From positions 354,560 through 418,559 of the forward strand of contig JBAZUP010000001.1 of the NCBI GenBank assembly GCA_041661385.1: 64,000 nt of DNA. The letters are read 5' to 3'. The notes beneath the pieces are model-generated. The model was given only the letters and a program-made list of their open reading frames with translations. It was not told the origin of the DNA and searched no databases. The stretch is from Patescibacteria group bacterium (GTDB lineage: Bacteria; Patescibacteriota; Patescibacteriia; Magasanikbacterales; GWA2-37-8). Below are positions 27,939 to 37,617 of the stretch, piece by piece. Every line of letters starts with the position of its first letter. Within the stretch, counting starts at the first letter, position 1. The translations under genes and the position numbers were made by a program.

Positions 27939-30900
27939 TTATTGAGATTTAAATGTCGCTATTATGGCAGCCCACGCATTGCTGGCAGATGTTGTGAATT
28001 TTGCAGCGGTTGTGGTAGCTATTGCTATGACTCTGTCTTCCGAGGCTAAACGTTGGTATGTACTAACTCCATTCACCAATTCTGTTTGACGAATTGTATA
28101 ACCTGAACCCGCCGTCCAGGAATTATTATTCCCAGCGCTCCATGCAAGCCCAAAATATAATTCATTTGTTGAAGTGGTTGTAATGTTGCCCGAACTAGGC
28201 GTAACTGAAGACCCTGTACCAGACATTGTCTTGTCTAACGGATTCGTTGTGTTTATTCCGGCATACTCATGAACCGCTAGCGTACCTGTGACGGTTGACG
28301 AAACAGTAAAACCTGATCCACCAATAACATTTTTCGCATAAAATATTGCAGCTCGATACGAATTTTTTACTGCCTCAGCGGCTTTATAATAAGTATTACC
28401 CTTATTGTCTGTAATTGTGCTGGTTGGAAAAGTGACATTATAGGCTGTAATTCCAACTACCACCAAATTACTTCCGACGACGGAGCCGGAAAAAGCAACT
28501 GATTTAGAACCGTGTGCTTTTTGACTTTGAATATAAGATGGTGACCCAGCAAGCGAAAAAGTTGACGTTGTTGTGCTCCACCCACCAGCCAACCCACCAA
28601 CGTCTTCAAAAGCAATACGCCAATAATAAATAGTACTTGAGACAAGTGCTGACCCCGCATAAGTAATTTCTGGACTTCGGCTGTTCTCGGTTGTCGTCGC
28701 CATCGTTGTAGTGCCAGAATCCCATTTTATAACCGTAAACGAACTAGAAGTTGAAACCTGGATACGATATTTGTTGGCCTGATCACCGGAATTAAGATCC
28801 GTATAAATTGCCGAGAATTTTGGCGTGCTTGTTAAGTTTGATGGATTAACAAGACCTTGAGTCAATGTGCTGGTTGGAACGGTTGGTGCGGTGTTCAATG
28901 AAAATGTTGAAGTGGCTGTGCTCCAGGCACCTACCAAGCCGCCCACATCAACAAACTCAACACGCCAATAATAAATAATGTTCGTCGCTAGAGCCGAACC
29001 TGTATAGAGTATGTCCGGACTCCTGTTTCCCTCTGTAGTTGTTACCATCGTTGTAGTGCCAGAATCCCATTTTATACTGGCAAAAACGCTCGAGGTTGAA
29101 ACTTGCAGACGATGCCTATTTGCTTGGTCTCCGGCATCTGGATCGTTATATATTGCTGAAAACCTTGGTGTAGTCGTTGCAATATTTGTTGGGTTAGTTT
29201 GACCTTCGACAAGCATGTCTGTTGGTGCGGCAGGTGCACTATTTAAGGAAAAAGTAGAAGTTTCCGCGCTCCAAGCACCGGGCAGACCCCCAACATCAAC
29301 GAGGGAAATTCGCCAATAATACACGATACTTGATGCAAGGGTTGAACCGCCATATGTAATGTCCGGAACTCTAGTTCCCGATGTCGTTGTCGCCATTGTC
29401 GTCGTGCCAGAGTCCCATTTAATATTTGAAAAAATACTTGAAGTTGAAACTTGAACGCGATACTTGTTAGCGGTATCACTCAAATCTAGATCGTTATAGA
29501 TCGCGGAGAATTTCGGCAAACTAACCATGAGGTTGGCTGGGTTAGTTTGATTTTCAGTCCAAAGTGCGGTGGGAGCAACCGGGGCTCTATTTGGGGGAAT
29601 GGTTTCAAAATAATCTTTTCCATTAGTCCATTGACCTTCATTGTCATCATTGTCCCATAGCTTAATCCGCCAATAATATTTAGTCCCATTCTGTAAACCC
29701 GACCCACCATAAACAATGTTAGGGATTCGACTGCCCGCGGGAGTATTTTCCGAAAATGTCTGTCTCCCGGAATCCCAAAACGGCGAAGTAAAGCTACCAC
29801 CACTTTGAATTAATTGAATCTGATAGCTATTCGCAGTTGAGCTTGCATCGAGTGATTCGTAGATTGCACTAAACTCTGGCGTTGAAGTTATTGTAATGAT
29901 TTGTTTTGGCACTAGACTAACGTTATCTACTTGGAAAGTATGGGCAATTCTACCCAGATAGAAAGTTACACGAGCATTCGAATCTCCCTGAGACGGGTTT
30001 ACTTCAAAGGAATATGATTGCCACGAAGGATTTACGGAAAAATCAGACCATGTTAAATCAGCATACGGATCGTGGTTTTGTGTCAAAACAACTGTCTCAG
30101 TTGTTGAAACGCTCGATTTGGCATCAAACTTAAGTAGGTAGGTAGTTGAAGTGTTAGCAATTAGATTCTGGCTTAATTGAACTTGATAGTGTTGTCCACT
30201 GTAATTCACAATAGTTTTGTTTGAACAATTTCCATCACTACCCTCCGAACAATCGACTGAATTGGTCGCTTGTGGGTCACCATTTTGTGACCAGAAATAC
30301 CAATTATTCATGCTCGTTTCAAAACTTGGATTCTTAATTAGGCTTAAATTATCTGGTGTAACTTCTACGTCTTCCAGCCAATAACTATTTATGTTGGTAC
30401 CAACATAATAGAAAACTCTAGCCAACTCATCGGTTCCATTGCTGGTAAAAGTAAACGCATACTGTTTCCAGTCTGGAGTAATTGAAACACCGGCGGCAAG
30501 GCCAAAATCTGACCAAGGACTATGGTCTTGATTAACACCAAAAGTAATTGTTGAGGTGGTGGTCGCCTTAGCTCTGAATTTAACTGTATAATTAATCCCA
30601 GTATCTACTCTTAAATCTTGCCAGAACTGGGAATCCCATACATTACCGGCACTTGAAACAATAATTTTCTGAGAACAGTTGCCAGTAAATGATACTGTGC
30701 AATCAACCGTATTTGTTCCACCATTACCAGACCAAAATTTCCAGTAATTTGTGGACCCATCTTCAAAACTATTATCATAAATTACATTATCACTTCTCAT
30801 GAGTCCTAAAGTTTGCAGATTTCTTGATTCCGATGGATTAATCATCAAAGACAAAACAAATGTTGAGGTATTAGCACTCCAGACTCCTTCATTATTAACT

Positions 30901-33900
30901 GAGTCCCAAAACTTAATACGCCAATAATAAACGGTGCTCGAAGATAACGGTGCTCCGGAATAAATTATATCTTGAATACGATTACCCCTAGTTGTCGAAG
31001 CCATTGTTGAAGTACCTGAATCCCAACTTGTTGATGAGAACAAGCTTGAAGTTGATACCTGTATCCTATATTTATCCGAGGCATCATCAGTATCTGGATC
31101 ATTGTAGATTGCAGAAAAAATCGGCGTGCTAGTAACTTTCGTCGGATTTGAAGAATTATTAACTAAGAGCCCTGATGGTTGCGACGGTGGTGCATTAATA
31201 ATTTCTTCCTCACCCAGAGCACCTACAACTGGCTCTGGATAAACTATCGGTCGAACCCTTAGGTCATAAAAATTAACCGTTTCGGTCGCACCCGTTCCGA
31301 CATGTACTGAAAAACTAAGCACATAAGGACTTGTGGTCGCACTGAAAGATGTGGACCCGCACGTAGTAGAACCTAATTTAAGTGTATATGTTCCTGAATC
31401 AGCATTAACATTAACACTACCTAAATATGGACCGCCATTAACCGGTTCACAAGCCTGAACACCGTTTGACCACCACCCCGATGATAGGCTCGCAAATGGA
31501 GAAACGTCAACTGAAGATGCTTCACCAATTCTTGCATTAAACATTGAAGATTTCCATTCGGGATGCTGTATATAATTATCCATTGTCATGTTAAATTCTG
31601 CAATCCGATTACCTGAAAAAGTCGGAATAGTTTGAACGTCCTTGCCATCATAATAAGCACTATACGCATGAAAATATAAATTTCCATCACCCTCTGTTGG
31701 CAAACCCACATTTTGACCATACCCCCATAATGTTCCATCAATTATTGAGTCACTAAAATCATCAAAAAATTCAAAGGCATTCTTACCGTTATTTGCGTAA
31801 CTCCCGGCAAGGCGGGCGCTGGGATTACCATAATACATGTAGATTGTGGTTCCTCCAGGTGGTATTGAATTTATTTTTACCCAAATCTTCGCTGACGATG
31901 TATTAGCCTCGGACTCAACCCACCACGGTAATTCTTTATCTTGTGAGTCAACAAAACGAAGATCAGCTAGATTTGACTGCATTTTTCCCATCGAAATTAA
32001 CGAGGCGGCATCGGCAATTACTGGCACGCTATATGCCACCAATGTTGAAGTAGAACCAGAAATTTCAATTGGTCTTTTATAATGCCAAGAACCACCATCG
32101 GGATATGACAAACCACCGCCAACACAAGAATCATTCTCTAATTCCTCAGCTCCCGCAGAACCCGCCGTTGGCGTCGATGAAACAAATGATCGTACTCGGA
32201 AATCCCGAAAATTAACAGTTCCCCAACCATCACCCACTTGATCGGCAAAATTAAAAACATATGGATCAGTGGTCGTAGTAAAAGAAGCGACCCCACAGGT
32301 AGTTGTGTTTAATTTAAACGTAAATTGACCCAAGTTGTTATCAACTGCAACACTTCCTAAATAAGGACCCCCATTAACGGCAGCACAGTCTTGCACTCCA
32401 TTTGACCACCACCCGGACGATTTAACGGCCCACGGAGAGTTAAATACTGTCGAGCTACTACCAATGCGGGCAGCAAAAAAAAGCGACTTCCAGTACTGAT
32501 TTCCCGGTACCATGTCCATTGTCATGTTGAACTCAGCAATCTTACTCCCAGAAAATGTTGGTACGGTTTGGATTTCCTGGCCACCATCATATGTTGAATA
32601 AACATAGAAAGCCATAAGCCCACTGTTTTCGCTTGGCAGACCGTATCTTTGACCGGGACCCCACAAATTTCCATCAAAACTTTGATCTTCAAAATTATCA
32701 AAAAAATCAAAAGTATTACTACCATTATTGGCATAACCACCACCTGACATGGCGTCTAAATTACCATAATGCATATAAATCGTCGTACCACCGGACGGAA
32801 TAGAATCAACTTTTACCCAAATCTTAGTTGCAGCAGAATTGACTCCAGATTCCACCCACCACGGTAGCTCATTGCCGGTAGAATTAGAAAAACGGAGATC
32901 GCCTAAATTTATTTGCATTTTTCCTGCTCCTACCAAAGAAGCGGTGTCGATGGTAACTGGCACTACATAGCCAGTTTGAGTTCCCTGATTTGAACCAGTA
33001 ATTTGTATCGGTTTTTTATTTAACCACAACCCACCACCTGAATCAGAGAACTGGTCAAACAGACACGATGAAGAAGTTGATATTGAAGAAGTGAAGTTAC
33101 CGGTTGAGCTCCAGGCCCCCTCATCGCCGCCCTTGTCCCACAGTTTAATACGCCAATAATAGGTGGTACTAACTCCAAAGGGAGGACCGGAATACTCAAC
33201 TTCTTCGATTCTCGATCCGGGCGTGGTTGAGTTGGTTAAATGAGTTTTTAAACTATCCCATTTCAAAGAGGTAAAAGCCGGAGAATAACCAACTTGAATT
33301 CGGTAATGAGTTGCCAAATCAGAGCTGCCACTCGGATCATTATATATAGCGGAAAACTTTGGCGTACTAGTAATCTCGGAGGGATTGCTTAAACCATTAA
33401 TTTGAATGTCCGTTGGTGCTGATGGCGGAAAATGATTTATCGTAACCTTATTGTTGGAATAAACCATTGTACACGTGTTAACCCCGTCGCAGACGACCGC
33501 CCTAATATAAAATGATCCCTTACTTATCGCTGAAGTATCCCACTCATATTGCTGCAGAATATCATTTGTCTTAAATATTCCAATTAAACCGTTATGACCG
33601 CTTAAATCTTGATCAACATCTTTATATAAATAAATGTCGGGGTTATCCTCATCGTCTTTAGCATTCCATCTAATTGTGTACTTTAAATCAGCCTCGGATG
33701 GCACTAAAGTTGAGGGTGCAATAAATGAAAAGGTTGGCGGAGAATTTCCGGGGACTATTTCAAATGGCCCCCAAGGTGTTGAGGTTGTTTGTTTACCACT
33801 ATAATCGCGGACTACAACCTGCAATTGATAATCAGTACCAAGCAAGTTGTCTGGAATATGCCAATTATATGTCATCGTCTGATAAAGCGGGCCGTCCTGA

Positions 33901-36900
33901 GTACCAATTGAATGCCAGATTTGATCATGTGGATCATAATATGAAAAAGTGGCGGACTGGACATAACCGATATCGTTTAGCTTTTCGTCATCGTTAACAC
34001 TATATTGAATAGTGACATCTTTCTTATTAGGAACAACCATGTCCCCTTCTCCGAAGATTGAGACATCCGTCACGGTCGGATTTTCCGTGTCAAATTTTAA
34101 ATTAGTTGGAATTTTAAAATTACTAATATTTCCACCCGAATTTACATAACTTATCATGTACTGATCATATCTAAAATCCAACACCCCTACCGCTCCTCTA
34201 CCATATGGTACATTTGAAAGACTGTAGATCCCGCCGACACCTGACGGACCAGCGGCTTCTATATACCCCAAGAGATAAACATTAGAAAGTGGTTGCCCGG
34301 CATAATTAACCACACCTGAAAGCGTGCTGGTTGCATATTCATATTGATTACCACTAACAATAACCTGAGCCGGGTCGCTATAATATGTATAGCGCGTACC
34401 GTCTTGTGCCATCGCCCCGACGGTTACCTCATACTTTTGATCTTCAATCAGCGGGGTGATCCAAGCACCGTTTTGCGTGCTACTAACAGCTGCCCAAGTC
34501 CAAGTTGACGTTCCAAACTGCCTCCACATTATCATGTAATTTAAACGGTTTGGGTCGTCTTTTTGTTTCCAGCGGACGTTTACGGCTGGGGTAGTATTAT
34601 TATATGAAAACTTTTGAGCAACAAAATAGGTCGGTAAACCAGGAAGACCCGTTGCGTCCGCAGCAAAAGTTAAAGTTTCTTTATACCGAGAACCATCATG
34701 AATAGTTCCGTTTGAGCCTTCGAGAGAAACAATAAAGTCAACGTCCCCTACTAAACCATATGTGTTAGTAATCGGAATTATAATTTCGGCAGTACTACTT
34801 GCACCAATCGAAATGTTGTTGGCGACAAAATCGACAGTGTTAAGCACGTAACCGTCCGCAATTAAATACAAAATACCATTACTAACCGTGTTTTTACCTG
34901 AATTGTGAACTAATATTTTTAAGGAAGTCGATACGCCAGTTTGTAGCGTGCTGAGTGGAATTATATCTGTTACTGCAAGATGACCTGACATAGCCGGGGG
35001 CATTGAAAGAGCTTTTAGCACAGCGGCTGTAACGTATATATTCCCATTAGCAAAGCTACCGTCTTCGGCTTGGGAATTTGTTAGATACGATATTGCCTCA
35101 TTTTCAAAAGTTGGATTAACGCCAGCTTTTTCTAATATATAATATGCGAGAGCGTTATCAACTAGGTTGCTTGACCACGTACCGTTCTGCAGTTGGATAT
35201 TTTTTAACCAGGTAATGGCTTTATTTAAATAAGTTTCAATATCAATACTTTGAGGTGTTCCGCACCACAAAGTATAATCTTTATAGGGCAATAGTGCCTC
35301 AATTGCCTTTACTGTCACCGGTATTGAACTATCTCCACCTTCTACGGAACTCCAACCACCATCAAATCGCTGACTCTGCGTTAAATAATATATGGCATAG
35401 GCATCGGTTAAATCAGGTGTACTTCCCGAATCGGTATATTGAGATTGAGTTAAAGCCATCAGCGCGTCGGCCGTGGTCGCCGGGTCAGTCTGATATCCGC
35501 TATTATATGCAAACCCACCAGTGACTTCGTCTACATATCCAGCAAGTATTTCTGCTGTTGTCGTTGGTTCTCCGGCAAAGGCCTGTAACTTTGTTTTTTG
35601 AGCGAAGAAATCATTGTTGTCAGTAATGGAATAATCAAGCCACTCGATTCCTTGATCAGTAGTAGTAGCATTTACACCGATGGAGTTAAACGCATCAAGA
35701 ACAGCGGTTGTTTCAATAAAGGAGGTTGAAGTGTTCCCCCAAGACCCGTTGGATTTCTGTTTAGTTATTAGATAATTAAAAGCTTTTTCGGTTGAGGAGT
35801 TGGCAAAAGGTGGTATTCCACGATACCGACTTTCATTACCCCATACCTGCATCTTTGGATCGTGAGAACCACATGAGCCATTCCAAATCAAATAACCATT
35901 CGCAGATCCGAGATTAGCAGAACTCACAGTGGATTGACCGTCTCCAGAGATAGTAATCAAAGTCACTTTATTGGCTGGAATATTATATGTCGAGAAATCA
36001 TGAGCACACCATGCTCCGGCGCCACAAGAATCAGTCGAAGAATAATATTTTCCGTCAGCCGTAATAGTAACTGAATACGATCCACCAGCACCAAATGAAT
36101 CTACCTGAGTGAGATAATATTGTGAAGGAATTCCAGAGACCCGCATGGAATATTGGCCAGTACCACAATTGCCGGGCGAGCCACTATTATAATCTAATAC
36201 AACCGGTGAGGATTGCGATTGCATGCTATAGGTCTCAAAACCGCCCAGAGCTATTTTTTGTAATCCACCGGACAAACTACTCGTCGGGGCAACAGTCACA
36301 GTATCAACATTTTGAACCAAGGGTTCATAATTATTTTGAGCAACAGCTTTGCCACTCTTCAGGTCTAATCTATTTTTAGTCTTCTTAGATAGATTGGTAA
36401 AATTATCAGGAATAATTATCAACCCTCGACTTTCGAGGTCAAAATAATCCTTGGGAAGGTTGTGCTGAGCAACTAGTTTTTGCGCAATAAGGTGATGTAA
36501 TGCCTCTTTGGAGTGTTGCAATTTATTGATTTTTTCAGATAAAATAAACAAGTTTTTCTTATTGGTTACGTCAACATCTGAACGATACATTTTAATGAGC
36601 GACCTAATTTCTGGATCAATTCTGAAATTATTTAGCACTTCATCAGAATTTAGTTTTACTTTTTTCCCGTCTAAATCGACCTCCTGATCCCAATCAATTC
36701 TAGAAACATCCGATATGGTCGAGGTGTTAATGATAATTGTTGGAATAGTGATAATTTTATTAAGAGGAGGCTTGCGCATTTCGTCTTCATAGGAAATCGG
36801 ACCAAACCAGGCTGGTGTTGAGGTAACGTTTGTCGAAGTTAAGGTTGTGTCTACCATTGAGGTTTGTGCGCTAGAAAAAGCCGGGAAAACAAAAGACGGA

Positions 36901-36965
36901 AATATTAGGTTGAATATGATTATTGTGGAAAGTATTTTATTTGAAATTCTTTTTTTCACAAACAC
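27939..36965 (-). CDS. Giant 3008-aa secreted multidomain protein (prenyltransferase/squalene-cyclase-like alpha-alpha barrel, CARDB-like, Fn3-like, 2x DUF2341, 2x CBM4/9-like)
   Basis: Signal peptide; QxxxGxW repeats (QKSNGSW, QRFDGGW, QLQNGTW, QAEDGSF); two DLRF...LPWWVE...IWVK...IYMxYGN blocks; NxSFE blocks; six FSAIY...WDSG...YYWR repeats. Confidence 0.85.
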   Translation of the reverse strand: MFVKKRISNKILSTIIIFNLIFPSFVFPAFSSAQTSMVDTTLTSTNVTSTPAWFGPISYEDEMRKPPLNKIITIPTIIINTSTISDVSRIDWDQEVDLDGKKVKLNSDEVLNNFRIDPEIRSLIKMYRSDVDVTNKKNLFILSEKINKLQHSKEALHHLIAQKLVAQHNLPKDYFDLESRGLIIIPDNFTNLSKKTKNRLDLKSGKAVAQNNYEPLVQNVDTVTVAPTSSLSGGLQKIALGGFETYSMQSQSSPVVLDYNSGSPGNCGTGQYSMRVSGIPSQYYLTQVDSFGAGGSYSVTITADGKYYSSTDSCGAGAWCAHDFSTYNIPANKVTLITISGDGQSTVSSANLGSANGYLIWNGSCGSHDPKMQVWGNESRYRGIPPFANSSTEKAFNYLITKQKSNGSWGNTSTSFIETTAVLDAFNSIGVNATTTDQGIEWLDYSITDNNDFFAQKTKLQAFAGEPTTTAEILAGYVDEVTGGFAYNSGYQTDPATTADALMALTQSQYTDSGSTPDLTDAYAIYYLTQSQRFDGGWSSVEGGDSSIPVTVKAIEALLPYKDYTLWCGTPQSIDIETYLNKAITWLKNIQLQNGTWSSNLVDNALAYYILEKAGVNPTFENEAISYLTNSQAEDGSFANGNIYVTAAVLKALSMPPAMSGHLAVTDIIPLSTLQTGVSTSLKILVHNSGKNTVSNGILYLIADGYVLNTVDFVANNISIGASSTAEIIIPITNTYGLVGDVDFIVSLEGSNGTIHDGSRYKETLTFAADATGLPGLPTYFVAQKFSYNNTTPAVNVRWKQKDDPNRLNYMIMWRQFGTSTWTWAAVSSTQNGAWITPLIEDQKYEVTVGAMAQDGTRYTYYSDPAQVIVSGNQYEYATSTLSGVVNYAGQPLSNVYLLGYIEAAGPSGVGGIYSLSNVPYGRGAVGVLDFRYDQYMISYVNSGGNISNFKIPTNLKFDTENPTVTDVSIFGEGDMVVPNKKDVTIQYSVNDDEKLNDIGYVQSATFSYYDPHDQIWHSIGTQDGPLYQTMTYNWHIPDNLLGTDYQLQVVVRDYSGKQTTSTPWGPFEIVPGNSPPTFSFIAPSTLVPSEADLKYTIRWNAKDDEDNPDIYLYKDVDQDLSGHNGLIGIFKTNDILQQYEWDTSAISKGSFYIRAVVCDGVNTCTMVYSNNKVTINHFPPSAPTDIQINGLSNPSEITSTPKFSAIYNDPSGSSDLATHYRIQVGYSPAFTSLKWDSLKTHLTNSTTPGSRIEEVEYSGPPFGVSTTYYWRIKLWDKGGDEGAWSSTGNFTSSISTSSSCLFDQFSDSGGGLWLNKKPIQITGSNQGTQTGYVVPVTIDTASLVGAGKMQINLGDLRFSNSTGNELPWWVESGVNSAATKIWVKVDSIPSGGTTIYMHYGNLDAMSGGGYANNGSNTFDFFDNFEDQSFDGNLWGPGQRYGLPSENSGLMAFYVYSTYDGGQEIQTVPTFSGSKIAEFNMTMDMVPGNQYWKSLFFAARIGSSSTVFNSPWAVKSSGWWSNGVQDCAAVNGGPYLGSVAVDNNLGQFTFKLNTTTCGVASFTTTTDPYVFNFADQVGDGWGTVNFRDFRVRSFVSSTPTAGSAGAEELENDSCVGGGLSYPDGGSWHYKRPIEISGSTSTLVAYSVPVIADAASLISMGKMQSNLADLRFVDSQDKELPWWVESEANTSSAKIWVKINSIPPGGTTIYMYYGNPSARLAGSYANNGKNAFEFFDDFSDSIIDGTLWGYGQNVGLPTEGDGNLYFHAYSAYYDGKDVQTIPTFSGNRIAEFNMTMDNYIQHPEWKSSMFNARIGEASSVDVSPFASLSSGWWSNGVQACEPVNGGPYLGSVNVNADSGTYTLKLGSTTCGSTSFSATTSPYVLSFSVHVGTGATETVNFYDLRVRPIVYPEPVVGALGEEEIINAPPSQPSGLLVNNSSNPTKVTSTPIFSAIYNDPDTDDASDKYRIQVSTSSLFSSTSWDSGTSTMASTTRGNRIQDIIYSGAPLSSSTVYYWRIKFWDSVNNEGVWSANTSTFVLSLMINPSESRNLQTLGLMRSDNVIYDNSFEDGSTNYWKFWSGNGGTNTVDCTVSFTGNCSQKIIVSSAGNVWDSQFWQDLRVDTGINYTVKFRAKATTTSTITFGVNQDHSPWSDFGLAAGVSITPDWKQYAFTFTSNGTDELARVFYYVGTNINSYWLEDVEVTPDNLSLIKNPSFETSMNNWYFWSQNGDPQATNSVDCSEGSDGNCSNKTIVNYSGQHYQVQLSQNLIANTSTTYLLKFDAKSSVSTTETVVLTQNHDPYADLTWSDFSVNPSWQSYSFEVNPSQGDSNARVTFYLGRIAHTFQVDNVSLVPKQIITITSTPEFSAIYESLDASSTANSYQIQLIQSGGSFTSPFWDSGRQTFSENTPAGSRIPNIVYGGSGLQNGTKYYWRIKLWDNDDNEGQWTNGKDYFETIPPNRAPVAPTALWTENQTNPANLMVSLPKFSAIYNDLDLSDTANKYRVQVSTSSIFSNIKWDSGTTTMATTTSGTRVPDITYGGSTLASSIVYYWRISLVDVGGLPGAWSAETSTFSLNSAPAAPTDMLVEGQTNPTNIATTTPRFSAIYNDPDAGDQANRHRLQVSTSSVFASIKWDSGTTTMVTTTEGNRSPDILYTGSALATNIIYYWRVEFVDVGGLVGAWSTATSTFSLNTAPTVPTSTLTQGLVNPSNLTSTPKFSAIYTDLNSGDQANKYRIQVSTSSSFTVIKWDSGTTTMATTTENSRSPEITYAGSALVSSTIYYWRIAFEDVGGLAGGWSTTTSTFSLAGSPSYIQSQKAHGSKSVAFSGSVVGSNLVVVGITAYNVTFPTSTITDNKGNTYYKAAEAVKNSYRAAIFYAKNVIGGSGFTVSSTVTGTLAVHEYAGINTTNPLDKTMSGTGSSVTPSSGNITTTSTNELYFGLAWSAGNNNSWTAGSGYTIRQTELVNGVSTYQRLASEDRVIAIATTTAAKFTTSASNAWAAIIATFKSQ

Positions 36966-36967
36966 AT

Positions 36968-37615
36968 TTATTTTTTGTAGACTGGCCTTGCGGTTTCTAC
37001 AATCATTTGTATAATTTTATTAATCTCTTCATCGTTTAACGATCCACTAATGTCTTTAAAATAACCCCTATTTCTGAGCGCAACCATTTGAGCGTCTTGA
37101 GAAATAATTAATGTGCCGTATGATCTAGGAAAATAATTATCTATGCTTCCACACATTTCTACAGCGCGAAGCACGGAATAACCAGCTATATTTCCAATTT
37201 TAATTATATCTATATCGGTGTCACCATACTTATCCGGTGTTATTTTTTTCTCAAAATTAGGTATTAAATCCTTCACGCTCGAAGTTGAAATTATTATCGT
37301 ATAATCTAATTCATCAAACATAGAATCTTCTTCGTTTTTTTTGTTGATAACCGCGGCTTCAGACGGATCACATATACCCGGACCGTTATATGAAATATTG
37401 TGACTCAAATGCGCAACCGCACCTTGAGCTTTATAAACTAATCCAAAATTGGGTGGATAAGAAATTATAACACCAGCAGTCGGCTGATTCATTCTGTTTA
37501 AATTTTTTATCTTTAAATCGATAAAACCACCCGCTGATAGTAAAAAAATTATTGCTACAAATAAAAGTATAAAAGCTAGAAAAAATACATTTTTTTTTGA
37601 TTTTAAATTTAGCAT
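36968..37615 (-). CDS. Hypothetical membrane-anchored protein (candidate immunity or accessory protein)
   Basis: N-terminal TM and two Cys; lies between the two large genes with 2-nt gaps when started at ATG 37615. Confidence 0.65.
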   Translation of the reverse strand: MLNLKSKKNVFFLAFILLFVAIIFLLSAGGFIDLKIKNLNRMNQPTAGVIISYPPNFGLVYKAQGAVAHLSHNISYNGPGICDPSEAAVINKKNEEDSMFDELDYTIIISTSSVKDLIPNFEKKITPDKYGDTDIDIIKIGNIAGYSVLRAVEMCGSIDNYFPRSYGTLIISQDAQMVALRNRGYFKDISGSLNDEEINKIIQMIVETARPVYKK

Positions 37616-37617
37616 AC

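Noticed and set aside
34980-35800. Squalene-hopene cyclase call for the 3008-aa protein
   Set aside because: Only QW-like structural repeats in a secreted protein; no DxDD catalytic motif seen.
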